A stretch of DNA of 60,995 nt from IMG/VR virus record IMGVR_UViG_3300029619_000004. One strand, written 5' to 3'. The notes under the pieces were generated by a model. It was not told where the DNA came from. It saw only the letters and a program-made list of their open reading frames with translations, and made no database searches. The stretch is from a virus. Position numbers and translations under genes: made by a program. Below, one piece after another: positions 52,188 to 60,995 of this stretch (its first letter is position 1; every line of letters begins with the position of its first letter).

Positions 52188-52307
52188 AGTTCAATGTTTT
52201 GAACTATTTGTATAATAACATCATAGATTTCTTTTGTCAATAAAAAGTTCAAATATTTTTACTTTTAAGTTTTTCATATTGAACTTTTGTTCAAATAGTG
52301 ATATATT
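52188..52307. promoter_or_regulatory. genetic-switch region: divergent promoters and GTTCAA/TTGAAC operators
   Basis: AGTTCAAtgttTTGAACT at 52188-205, TTGAACttttGTTCAA at 52279-94, and a half-site at 52247-52. The minus promoter is TTGACA(52240-35)-17-TATTAT. The plus promoter is TTGAAC(52279-84)-17-TATATT. Confidence 0.55.
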
Positions 52308-52332
52308 ATTTTTAGAAAGGAGGTTAATACAA

Positions 52333-52704
52333 ATGAAGGAAAATACGTCTGATAGGCTTAAAAAAATAATGGAAGAAAGGAAGATAAAACAAGTTGACAT
52401 TTTGAATATGTCTTTGCCTTACTGTAGAAAGTACAATATTAAGATGAATAAATCAGATATTAGTCAATATGTATCTGGTAAGGTTGAGCCTAGTCAAGAA
52501 AAGCTAGTCATTCTAGGAATGGCATTAGATGTTTCAGAAGCATGGTTAATGGGTCTTGATGTTTCACCGTTTCGAAGAGGAAAAACTGGAGAAGCTAAAG
52601 AAGATGTTGATTTGCTTTGGAAAATTTCATTGTTAGATCAAAGAGATAAAGAAACTATATTAGATATGATAGATGTTATGTTATCTCGAAAAGAAAAGAA
52701 GTGA
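52333..52704 (+). CDS. CI-like XRE-family repressor (no S24 peptidase domain)
   Basis: AGGAGG RBS ahead of ATG 52333. Has HTH KQVDILNM...SDISQYVSGKVEPSQEKLVILGMALDVSEAWLMG. Confidence 0.7.
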   Translation: MKENTSDRLKKIMEERKIKQVDILNMSLPYCRKYNIKMNKSDISQYVSGKVEPSQEKLVILGMALDVSEAWLMGLDVSPFRRGKTGEAKEDVDLLWKISLLDQRDKETILDMIDVMLSRKEKK

Positions 52705-52741
52705 GTTATCCCCACTTCTTCAGAAAAAAAATTATGAAGGA

Positions 52742-52767
52742 ATGCAGGTACTCTAAAGTGCCTGCAT
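52742..52767. terminator. bidirectional terminator between convergent genes
   Basis: ATGCAGGTAC-tctaaa-GTGCCTGCAT (10 bp, one G-T), with an A-run upstream and TTTTCT downstream. Confidence 0.55.
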
Positions 52768-53108
52768 TTTCTATTGTGCCAATAATTTTATTGATTTCTC
52801 TCTTGTAAAATTCTGCATCATTGCCATTATCCCCTGCCATATCCTTGCCCTCTCTACAACTATGTAACCCACTCATGCAATCATCCTCTCTATAATGTTT
52901 GTACTAATTATAGAATGTATGTTTGCATATGTCAACAAATAAATCAAACGTCTGTTTGCAATGTTTGGTAATTCGGGCGGCATGAAATGCCACTAACATA
53001 CCGCCCGGACCAGAACTTGAAGAACCACATTATTGTGGACAAGTTTATTGTACTTCTATAAATGCAAGGATTCAAGAAAATACGTTCGACAAATTTCGAC
53101 AACACGCT

Positions 53109-53552
53109 CTAAAAAAGTCGATATCGTGGCTTTTCTTCCCCAAATATCCAGTACCGCAAATAATCGTCTAGGATAATCGCAAGCGTTCCTACAATTATCC
53201 ATAACAGGCTGAATGGTAGACATATCTGCCCTAACAGGTTAAATGGCATATTGCTGTAATCCCATACATTCCACCCTAACCATATATTTACAATAAGACC
53301 GCATAGGAACTCTAACAGGGTAATAACCAAAGCTACCCTGACAGACTGTAAAACAAGTGGGCAATTCCAGTCTGTATGTTCGTTCTGCTCTCCTGCATAC
53401 AGGAAACAAAGACCGCCCAACAGAAACATTGTCCAATGGCTACGACCACGGTACAGTAGTTCAATCATTACGTAAAGAAAGCCACCTATCGCAAACAGGA
53501 TAAGTGGCTTAATAACCTTACGCAATACCTTTGCTTGCGTAGATATCCGCAA
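53109..53552 (-). CDS. polytopic membrane protein (resembles the family annotated as putative ABC-transporter type IV)
   Basis: Four or more TM segments, plus ELLYRGRSHWTM and VWDYSNMPFNLLGQICLPFSLLW motifs. The TTG start is uncertain. Confidence 0.5.
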   Translation of the reverse strand: MRISTQAKVLRKVIKPLILFAIGGFLYVMIELLYRGRSHWTMFLLGGLCFLYAGEQNEHTDWNCPLVLQSVRVALVITLLEFLCGLIVNIWLGWNVWDYSNMPFNLLGQICLPFSLLWIIVGTLAIILDDYLRYWIFGEEKPRYRLF

Positions 53553-54231
53553 GCACTTCTGAACGGTATTCTTTAGGAATTGTCATGCCATAGGTTACAT
53601 TCTGTACGGACGTTGAATCTTCCATTGAATTGATATAGATACGCAAATCTCTGAAATACGTAACAGCAAATGTCACAGCTTGCATAGCTGTTTCCGTAAT
53701 CAATCCCATGTCAGTATTGGAATAATACTTACATGGTTCATTCACATCTGAAGTATGCCACGGTATCTGTGTTTCTCCCTGCGCAACCTTAGTCTGCAAT
53801 CCCATAAGGCTTGTCTGGTCGTGGTCAGTCAGTGTAAAATGTTCAATTGTTCCGTCAGACAGGGTAACATCAACACCGTTTTGAATTGATTCCTGCTGTG
53901 CAGCGTTCATTTCTGCAATCTTCTGCTCTTTCAGTTCGTCAAGTGTCGGTTCAACAGGTGTTGGCTGTGGCTGTTCTTCATAAACAGAACCGTCATTAGA
54001 AAGCTGATATCCGTTATACTCTGCGGTTGTATCATCATTCCTGTATACAGTATTATAGCTGTGGTAAGAATCACCGCCAATGTCAAGTTCTCCTTTTTCG
54101 TCTAAGAACAAATCAAATCCGCTTTTATCTACGGTAACCGCATCATGGAATTTCAGTGTTACGATATGTTCCGATTCTGGAACTACGGTACACTGGATTA
54201 TTTTTTGGGAATCTAAAAATTTTAAATACAT
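53518..54231 (-). CDS. tail-fibre-associated protein
   Basis: Lies after the fibre gene. The C-terminal half resembles phage fibre-accessory domains by pattern only. Confidence 0.4.
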   Translation of the reverse strand: MYLKFLDSQKIIQCTVVPESEHIVTLKFHDAVTVDKSGFDLFLDEKGELDIGGDSYHSYNTVYRNDDTTAEYNGYQLSNDGSVYEEQPQPTPVEPTLDELKEQKIAEMNAAQQESIQNGVDVTLSDGTIEHFTLTDHDQTSLMGLQTKVAQGETQIPWHTSDVNEPCKYYSNTDMGLITETAMQAVTFAVTYFRDLRIYINSMEDSTSVQNVTYGMTIPKEYRSEVLADIYASKGIA

Positions 54232-54439
54232 ATATGTCTCCTTTCTTTATTGAAAATTTATGTAAGTGTCTTGGTATAACTTTTCTATTCTTGTGCAACG
54301 ATTGAGCTAAATAGTAATTTATAATGTATCTATCTAGGCTAGTGCGGTAATCACATTTGGTTCAAGCCTTTGTACTGTGACAGTGGATATCTTTGTACTT
54401 TAGAATAAACAACAGCTTATTATGCTATATATTGAACAA

Positions 54440-55072
54440 TTATATTGCAAAAACAACATATGTTATTTGTGCGCCAGAAGATGAATCATCTCCATTATAT
54501 GCTGTTCCGTTTATCGAAAAATCAGAAGATGAATTTGTAACTTCTATTATGGCTGCAACTTGATTTGTACTTTTATTGAGAAAAGTTATAGATTTAACAT
54601 TATTGCCTCCACTGGTAACTGTGAACGTCATGTTGTAAGCATTCCTAGTTTGAGACACGTAGATAAGATATTTTTTGTGTCCTGTGGCTGGTATAGTAAA
54701 TTCTGCCGTTGTTGTTCCTGCTCCAATAACTAAAGTACTGCTATTACTTGTAACGTACTTAATGTTGCTCCCTAAATTACTATTTAATGCCTTAACTGCC
54801 AATGCCCCAGCAATATATCCAGACTGCGTATTTGCCTTTATAGTTTCTAAGCTGTCAATAATCTTGCTTGCGTCTGCCGCATTATTTACAGCTTCATTTG
54901 TGGCATTAATCTGCGCCGCTCCGAATGTGCTTCCAACCTGTGTATAATCTGTCACATCTTCAAAACTGACTGTACCGTCACTGTTCTGAATCATTTTGAA
55001 TCTACGCTTGCCGTTCATATTTTCTTTCAATATATCGTCCTTAAAATTGACAGGTAAATTTGCCTTTGCCAT
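54440..55072 (-). CDS. tail fibre / receptor-binding candidate
   Basis: The first about 95 aa of the N-terminus are paralogous to 59376..59675. The C-terminus is beta-rich. Confidence 0.45.
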   Translation of the reverse strand: MAKANLPVNFKDDILKENMNGKRRFKMIQNSDGTVSFEDVTDYTQVGSTFGAAQINATNEAVNNAADASKIIDSLETIKANTQSGYIAGALAVKALNSNLGSNIKYVTSNSSTLVIGAGTTTAEFTIPATGHKKYLIYVSQTRNAYNMTFTVTSGGNNVKSITFLNKSTNQVAAIIEVTNSSSDFSINGTAYNGDDSSSGAQITYVVFAI

Positions 55073-55236
55073 TACTTTATACCTCCCTTTTCTTGCCCTA
55101 ATCTCATGGGCAATCTATACATTGTAGGTTCGGTCACTGTTTCCTTGACAGCAACAGATATTTTAAATGTTTCCTTTGTATTTACTGGATTCTTGGAAAT
55201 TGTAACATTTGTTATTACTACACCCATAAGCACCGC

Positions 55237-56148
55237 CTAATCCGTAGCCTTAACGGTTACTGTAAATACTTCTCCTGTGCTTACTGGGTTCGGGCTGATT
55301 TCTACAGAATTGATAACTGGTGCCACTGTATCTAATGTCACAATTCTTGTAACACTGGAAGAAAGACCGCCGTTATCTGTGGCAGTGACAACAATTGTAT
55401 TCGCTCCCTCTTCCAAAGTAATTGTTGTGTTAAAATTGCCACTTGAATCTACTGTGACATTAGTAGCCGTACCGCCATTTAGCATAACTGTAACCGATTT
55501 GACTCCTGCTGTAACATCACTGGTCTTGCCTGTTACTACACAAGATGCGTTATTGGTAACAAGATTATTAGTCGGTGCTGATACAGATAAGGTAGGTGGC
55601 GTTGCGTCCACCTTAAACGTTACTGTACGCTGTGTGGCGGCATTTCCATCATTGTCCTTGGCATTTACCTTAATAGTGTGGTTTCCGTCTGTAAGAGCCG
55701 TAGGAATCGCATAAGAGCATGAATATCCATTTGTTATTGCAGTCTTTGTGATCCCACTTGTCACAGCACTACCGCTGTCAACCGTAATGCTGATACTGTC
55801 AGAATTAACACCGCTGTCTGCATCTGTAACAGTAAAATTAACTGTAGGCTTTGTGTTATTAGTTACTTGGCTTTCTGTAGGAGAGCTAATTACAATGGCT
55901 GGTGCAGTGGTTTCTTTTACTTTTAATTTTAGCTTGTTTCCAAGTGTTGCGTTAGTATCGTTGATTGTGGTACTGTTTCCTGCACTGTCTGTAGCCTTAA
56001 TCGTTACAGGGAAGTAATGACCGCTGTTATTATTGTATGAACTTGTACTTGGTGCTGTAACACTTGCTTCATACAATCCAGTAGAGCTATTCAGGGTCAG
56101 ATTGTATGTAGTACCTTTGATTGTTGCTTGTACGCTTGATATAGCCAT
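55237..56148 (-). CDS. tail protein with three Ig-like repeats
   Basis: About 90-aa repeats, each containing (A)TD/KD-x-(A/D)GN(S/A) (ATDSAGNSTT, AKDNDGNAAT, ATDNGGLSSS). Confidence 0.55.
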   Translation of the reverse strand: MAISSVQATIKGTTYNLTLNSSTGLYEASVTAPSTSSYNNNSGHYFPVTIKATDSAGNSTTINDTNATLGNKLKLKVKETTAPAIVISSPTESQVTNNTKPTVNFTVTDADSGVNSDSISITVDSGSAVTSGITKTAITNGYSCSYAIPTALTDGNHTIKVNAKDNDGNAATQRTVTFKVDATPPTLSVSAPTNNLVTNNASCVVTGKTSDVTAGVKSVTVMLNGGTATNVTVDSSGNFNTTITLEEGANTIVVTATDNGGLSSSVTRIVTLDTVAPVINSVEISPNPVSTGEVFTVTVKATD

Positions 56149-56733
56149 TTATATTCTTACCTCCCTAAATGCTCCCAGTCTGAATGGCAATTTCCTCAAA
56201 GTGGCTTTCTGTCGCTCCAAAAGGTCATTCATTTGCAACGTAGCCGACTCTATACGGTTCAATTCATCCCATTTGATAAACTGTCCGTTATCAAAGAATC
56301 TTTGTGATACGCCGTAGTCCTGTGTGAATATGTTCTTGTTTATCGTGTCTAAATTGGATTCAAAATTATTAAAAGACGCCGCCGTAAACCATCCTGTATA
56401 ATCTTCAATATCTGCGCCCATATCCACAATTGAAAACTGCTTATATACTTCCTGTGCTAGTTCATACAGATAGGTCAGATTGTTCTTAATACGGTTATAG
56501 TCCACATAATTGAATCGGTCATTTATTGTCCAGTTAGTCTTAGGAGTATGCCATAGGCTTACTTCTGCTACCGTTGATTTATCTATGGTTACATTTCCTG
56601 CATCATCATAGGCAGACACCGTAACAGGATAATCGCCCGATTCTTTAGGTGCTGTAAGGCTTCCAGTATATGTTGAATTGCTATGTTTTAAATCGGTTGT
56701 ATCGTCAGCAACCGCCGCTGTTACTTTAGCCAA
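56149..56733 (-). CDS. tail-associated protein
   Basis: Contiguous with its neighbours in the tail-tip operon. Confidence 0.45.
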   Translation of the reverse strand: MAKVTAAVADDTTDLKHSNSTYTGSLTAPKESGDYPVTVSAYDDAGNVTIDKSTVAEVSLWHTPKTNWTINDRFNYVDYNRIKNNLTYLYELAQEVYKQFSIVDMGADIEDYTGWFTAASFNNFESNLDTINKNIFTQDYGVSQRFFDNGQFIKWDELNRIESATLQMNDLLERQKATLRKLPFRLGAFREVRI

Positions 56734-58983
56734 TTACAGCACCGCCTTTCTTGCTTTCATTGTTCCAGACCACGCACCATTAAATGTTATCTCATTTTGG
56801 TACGTCCTTATCATGGTTTCTCCACGGTCTTTTAATTCCATATAATATAAGTCGTTAGCATCTGTCCTTGGGTCTCCGCGCCATTTAATCTGATAGTCAA
56901 CATCACCTAAATAGTAGCTTGCAAGCCATTCCTCTAGGTCTTTGGCTAATTCTGTAGTACTGATTAACGGATTTTTCCATGTCTTAATATCCCCATTGTC
57001 ATTATGCGTGACCGTGTAGCCGATTTCCTCGGTAACGTACTCATATCCTTTAATTACATACTTAACAATCGTTTCTTCCGTAATGCCGCTAAACTGTAGA
57101 GTGGCATAATAACTGCTACTGTCTGTAATCTGCACCGATATAGCGCTTGGAATCGGATTTCCACCGTCATCTGTTCCGTTATCAATTACTGCTGTCAGTC
57201 CGTAACAGGGATTTTGGAAGTATACCGTATGCACATTGTTAGCAGGGCTAATGGTAATCTCTTCTGTAGAAATATCCTTATTCTCACTTGATTTACGGTA
57301 TTGTGTCTTAATTATGCTGATAGCCTTAATCTTATTCTGCCTTACTGCTGTAGGGCTGGCTGTCATGTCATTTCTTGTGATATGGTAGTCAGTGACATCC
57401 CCGACAGTGATATTATCCACTGTGATTCTGCTGTTCGGCTGTGCTTTGGTAAATTCTAACGCCATTTTATCAAACAGATTAAATTGTTCAAATGTGGTAT
57501 ATTCCAGTTCCCCGCCCTGCTCTACCGTGTAGCTGTCCACTTCTAAATCTTGGTAATATGTCGTTACCTTAAACTGATCCGGTGCAACATTCCTGAACTC
57601 TATCTGCAATCCATACGCTACAAATGCCGCTTCAAGATTAATGGTAATCTTTGGATTCTCTGTAAAAGTTCCGCTTGCATCTGCTATCTGTGAACTGATA
57701 TAACCAGTCTTTAAGTAATTGCTGTCAGCAGGCATAAAAAATACAGTTCCGTCCACTTTGGAAAAATCAGAACTGCATATCGCATAAGCTTCTTTGTCCT
57801 CTCCGTTCAGTACATCAGATACATGACTATACGCTGTTTCTCCATTGGATTCTGCTGTCATGTCGGGTATGAATGACGCTTGCATATGGATTTTACTGTT
57901 CCTGTCCTCAAATAGTACGCAACGCCCTGCATTGGCAATAATCTGTAATGCTTCGCTGTGCTTTACTGCTGGCATAGGATTCTGTACCTTGATGTTCTTT
58001 AAATATGGGTCTATTGAGTATTCTCTTTCATCCGTTATTCCTGCATCATTCAGAACGTCAATAGCAAGGTCATATAGGCTTATCCCGTTTTCCCTGTAAA
58101 GTCCACGGTAGTACTTACCTGTCAGGTAATCGAACCTGTCTGTTGCAGTAAACTTGGCTTCCGTATCAGTTGCCGACCATGTGTGAAGGTAGGTTGTTTC
58201 CTCTGGTAGCCATTCTATTTCGCCATTTCCAAACACATCATATCCGAATTGAATCTTTACTTCCTGTCCGACTTCCATGTAAGCAAGTGCGCTGTCTGGA
58301 TTGTCGGGCGAATAGTATTGATTCTGATTATCTATCGTCAATGATATATCGTTAGACGGTATCGTATCTGTTATGGAAGATACATATTGCTTACCGCTGT
58401 ATTTCTTTACTTCCTTGTTGCTAAATGTATTTGCGATACCGCAGTAAAACTGATATATTCTAAGTCTTCCCTGTCCGTTTACCATTTTGGTAGGTGTGAT
58501 AATCAGATAGGAAGTGCCGTTGAATACATCTTCTGTCACCCAGTAGCTTTTATCATTACCGCTGTAAGAGCGTGTAACGCTGTCATTTTGGACTGTAAAA
58601 TCAACTGGGTAATATTCTCCCCAGTCTATTGTTAATCCCTTTATATCAAGTCCTGTGACGCCAGAAAAGGATATATAGATAGTACCCAATATGTTGGCTG
58701 TCACAATTCCATTATTGTAATAGTCGTTGTTCCGTGGCGGAAGAAAATACATCGTACCGTCCACCTTGGAAAAATCTTGCTCCGCTGTTGCGTATACATT
58801 GTCTACCGTGTAATTATTAAAAGGCTTTCTCGCGTCCGAAAAGTAAGTAACCGCCGTACGATCATCTACAGCAACATTTTTCTGCGCCTGTGAGTTTATT
58901 ACACCGATTGTCGCTTTTATATATCCCCTGTTACGACCTATGCCTTTCATGGACTGCTTATAGGCTTTTGATACGTTCTGCAT
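56734..58983 (-). CDS. tail-tip (Tal-like) protein
   Basis: 749 aa, the largest ORF after the Dit-position gene. ATG 58983 follows the upstream stop. Confidence 0.5.
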   Translation of the reverse strand: MQNVSKAYKQSMKGIGRNRGYIKATIGVINSQAQKNVAVDDRTAVTYFSDARKPFNNYTVDNVYATAEQDFSKVDGTMYFLPPRNNDYYNNGIVTANILGTIYISFSGVTGLDIKGLTIDWGEYYPVDFTVQNDSVTRSYSGNDKSYWVTEDVFNGTSYLIITPTKMVNGQGRLRIYQFYCGIANTFSNKEVKKYSGKQYVSSITDTIPSNDISLTIDNQNQYYSPDNPDSALAYMEVGQEVKIQFGYDVFGNGEIEWLPEETTYLHTWSATDTEAKFTATDRFDYLTGKYYRGLYRENGISLYDLAIDVLNDAGITDEREYSIDPYLKNIKVQNPMPAVKHSEALQIIANAGRCVLFEDRNSKIHMQASFIPDMTAESNGETAYSHVSDVLNGEDKEAYAICSSDFSKVDGTVFFMPADSNYLKTGYISSQIADASGTFTENPKITINLEAAFVAYGLQIEFRNVAPDQFKVTTYYQDLEVDSYTVEQGGELEYTTFEQFNLFDKMALEFTKAQPNSRITVDNITVGDVTDYHITRNDMTASPTAVRQNKIKAISIIKTQYRKSSENKDISTEEITISPANNVHTVYFQNPCYGLTAVIDNGTDDGGNPIPSAISVQITDSSSYYATLQFSGITEETIVKYVIKGYEYVTEEIGYTVTHNDNGDIKTWKNPLISTTELAKDLEEWLASYYLGDVDYQIKWRGDPRTDANDLYYMELKDRGETMIRTYQNEITFNGAWSGTMKARKAVL

Positions 58984-58985
58984 AA

Positions 58986-59372
58986 CTACCACCCACAATC
59001 TATAAGGTTGAATGATAAAGTCTCGTCTTTGGTTATCATATGCGTAAGTCGGTCAACGAATAGTGGCACGCCTTTTCTGTCTCCAGGGTACATTGTGATC
59101 GTAATCGGGTTTCCAGGATTCTTCATATCCTCAAATGTAACAGGTACATAAAATGGTTCTATTGCTTTTAACATCATCTGTCTTTGCTCTACCGTCAGTC
59201 CTACCCATTTCAGATTATCCAGCTTATATAAATCTCTTCCGACTCTCTGACCGATAACTGCATTGTTTGCGTTTCTTCCTGCATTCACTGTTGTAGATAT
59301 AGTCCATGAAAAGCCGACAGCAGGGCAAGGAAAATCATATCCATTGACATTTAAGAATGAACTCATTGACAT
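58986..59372 (-). CDS. distal-tail-position protein
   Basis: Called on position only (128 aa, upstream of the Tal-like gene). Confidence 0.35.
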   Translation of the reverse strand: MSMSSFLNVNGYDFPCPAVGFSWTISTTVNAGRNANNAVIGQRVGRDLYKLDNLKWVGLTVEQRQMMLKAIEPFYVPVTFEDMKNPGNPITITMYPGDRKGVPLFVDRLTHMITKDETLSFNLIDCGW

Positions 59373-59375
59373 ATC

Positions 59376-59675
59376 TTATCCCTCCAGCATTGCTTTAACC
59401 ACCAGACAATCTACCATGTAACCAGACTGCGTACAGGCTTTTACATCATCCAGTGTAGTCAGAATCTTATTCTTGTCAGCCGCCGCATTGATAGCTTTGT
59501 TCGTGTCATTTATGTTAGATGCTTTAAATTCTCCACCGACCTGTGTATATGTCGTTACATCTTCCAGTGTCACCGTTCCGTCTGAATTGGTAGTCATTCT
59601 GTATCTGCGCCGACCGCCCATGTTTTTATCTAAAATATCGTCTTTAAAATTTGTTGGAAGTGTTGCTTTTGCCAT
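59376..59675 (-). CDS. 99-aa protein paralogous to the N-terminus of fibre candidate 54440..55072
   Basis: MAKATLPTNFKDDILDKNMGGRRRYRM..NSDGTV..EDVT.YTQVG aligns with MAKANLPVNFKDDILKENMNGKRRFKM... Confidence 0.5.
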   Translation of the reverse strand: MAKATLPTNFKDDILDKNMGGRRRYRMTTNSDGTVTLEDVTTYTQVGGEFKASNINDTNKAINAAADKNKILTTLDDVKACTQSGYMVDCLVVKAMLEG

Positions 59676-59833
59676 TATGTCAACCTCCTGTTTACTGTTG
59701 TTGCAAAGTATATTGTGAAATGTATTACGTTTACATAATTAATAATTTATATAAAAGAAAAACACCTACGTTATGTAGATGCTGTTAATTTCTTTTTAAT
59801 AGAGCCGAAAATACGGCGCTACTTTTTATGCAT

Positions 59834-59859
59834 AAAAATAGGACGGTCAAGCGCCGCCC
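59834..59859 (-). terminator. intrinsic terminator after the TMP-proximal small genes
   Basis: Minus RNA GGGCGG-cgcuuga-CCGUCC followed by UAUUUUUAU. It overlaps the stop of 59859..60158. Confidence 0.5.
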
Positions 59860-60158
59860 TACTTAATTTTCTTCTTTATTTCTTTTATTTCTGCTTCTAT
59901 GCTATTCAGTTTGTCGATTACGTCTATGTACCTATCGTCTGCCACATGAGCATATTTTTGATTCTCTTTCATGAGAAAATCGTTTGATTTGTACTTTGAT
60001 TCCAGTAATTTGCTGTTACTTTCCCTTGCCTGTATCACTTCTTGCGCCAGCTTCTGAAATTCTCCTGCGCTGTCCAACTGTTCAAACTCAATATTTTTAA
60101 TACGTTTTTCCAGCTCGATAAGTTTCTGTTCAATCTCCATATTATCCATAGCAATCAC
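59859..60158 (-). CDS. coiled-coil protein
   Basis: 99 aa with K/E/I-rich heptad character. Confidence 0.5.
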   Translation of the reverse strand: MIAMDNMEIEQKLIELEKRIKNIEFEQLDSAGEFQKLAQEVIQARESNSKLLESKYKSNDFLMKENQKYAHVADDRYIDVIDKLNSIEAEIKEIKKKIK

Positions 60159-60389
60159 CTACCAATTTTTCATCATTTCTCTTGCTCTTTGATTTGTTTC
60201 TTCTATTTCTTGGGTAAGCTGTTTTGCTTCTTTTTCCGACTGTTCAAACGTTTTACCGTACTTTTCAATCTGTTCCTGTTTCCATTCCTCTTGCTCTTTC
60301 GCTATTGCCCTGTTATCTAAATAATTAGCGCATACAATAATTAATATGGCTATCAGTGCAATACCTATACCTGTTTTTACTTTATTCAT
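60159..60389 (-). CDS. single-pass membrane protein
   Basis: GAGGGGG RBS ahead of ATG 60389. TM segment GIGIALIAILIIVCA followed by a charged coiled-coil tail. Confidence 0.5.
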   Translation of the reverse strand: MNKVKTGIGIALIAILIIVCANYLDNRAIAKEQEEWKQEQIEKYGKTFEQSEKEAKQLTQEIEETNQRAREMMKNW

Positions 60390-60461
60390 GTAAAAGCCCC
60401 CTCTCATTTTGGCTTATTATACCACTTATGAGAGGAGGATTTCTACAAAAGTTTACATAAC

Positions 60462-60995
60462 TTATGCAAAACTAAATCCGTTTCTATTGCTTCTTTCTTC
60501 TACAGCGGAAACAAGGCTTCTTCCGTCAATAGAGATTTCTTTACCATCTCTGACTGCATCTAATATTTCAGAAAGCAATGTAGCTTCTCTATTATTATCT
60601 TCATACGCACGTGAGAAACCTCTATATGCCGCTTCTTCAATTCCTGCCACAATCATTTCATTACTTGCAACCGCTGTCTTTCCGTTAGAAAACCGTCCTA
60701 CAAGCTCGTTATGGTTAGCCATGAAAAGTCCGTCCTCTGGGAATCCACCTGTTTGGAATGTAGGTATGCGTGGGAATGATACGTTAGGTATATCAATACT
60801 AAAGCTAACCCCTGGTATTTTGCTTGCCGCTTCTGCCAGCTTCTTCAATCCGTCTATAGCACGGTTTACAAGACTTTCTACACCATCAATTACACCGTTC
60901 AAGAATCCTATAGCACCATTAGCCGCCGCCTTGAAAGCGTCCTTAAATGCTACTGGTACTTTGCTTAGAACATCATCCCATTTCTTCTTAGTAAA
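60462..60995 (-). CDS. tape measure protein, C-terminal part (continuous with 1..3837 across the junction)
   Basis: Track ORF 60462..60902 begins at an internal Met. The frame stays open upstream and matches the 1..3837 frame through the duplicated 99 bp. Confidence 0.8.
   Translation of the reverse strand, partial: FTKKKWDDVLSKVPVAFKDAFKAAANGAIGFLNGVIDGVESLVNRAIDGLKKLAEAASKIPGVSFSIDIPNVSFPRIPTFQTGGFPEDGLFMANHNELVGRFSNGKTAVASNEMIVAGIEEAAYRGFSRAYEDNNREATLLSEILDAVRDGKEISIDGRSLVSAVEERSNRNGFSFA
60897..60995. repeat. second copy of the 99-bp terminal duplication
   Basis: Identical to 1-99. Confidence 0.9.

Noticed and set aside
52706-52876. 56-aa minus-strand ORF (MSGLHSCREGKD...) downstream of the membrane protein gene
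   Set aside because: It reads through the bidirectional terminator stem and ends 2 nt beyond the repressor stop codon on the opposite strand. Support is insufficient.
1-60995. CRISPR arrays, diversity-generating retroelements, retrons
   Set aside because: No spaced repeat arrays are present. No reverse-transcriptase-like ORF (no YxDD-type motif) appears in any frame of the track. No template/variable repeat pair was noticed.

Overview
The window is a complete, circularly closed phage genome of about 60.9 kb. The first 99 bp are identical to the last 99 bp, and the tape-measure ORF reads through that join in frame. Gene content suggests a temperate siphovirus-like phage of an AT-rich, probably spore-forming Firmicute: large serine integrase, CI/Cro-type switch with antirepressor, GH25 endolysin, and a Spo0A C-terminal-domain-like gene. 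Almost all genes lie on the minus strand. Reading in the minus direction, the order is: Cro-side early/replication-recombination module (52160 to 35658, with many tiny Zn-ribbon genes); integrase (35486-34125); a block of compositionally odd proteins (33700-30918); an accessory island that includes the only plus-strand operon (26632-28408); a terS-like gene; a 1.9-kb ORF-poor region rich in tRNA-like RNA elements (21203-19282); an IS3-family insertion (16588-17968); then terL, portal, head and tail genes down to 3931; and the tape measure, which crosses the junction into the tail-tip and fibre genes (60896-53109). The strongest hunt result is two type II hammerhead ribozymes on the plus strand, with near-textbook cores. 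They bracket a 129-codon ORF, so double cleavage would release a 465-nt RNA. The next intergenic gap of that operon holds an acceptor/T-arm tRNA-like minihelix, so every junction of the operon carries an RNA-processing-type element. Other notable points: a metallo-beta-lactamase-fold gene broken inside its HxHxDH motif by 5 nt (GGU-UAG-GC) that a +5 ribosomal hop would repair exactly; a conserved about 16-nt junction motif ahead of 11 consecutive small genes; lysis genes scattered inside the structural module; and a possible spore-surface-like moron block. All functional calls rest on motif and position recognition by eye. No database search, RNA covariance model or folding program was run.
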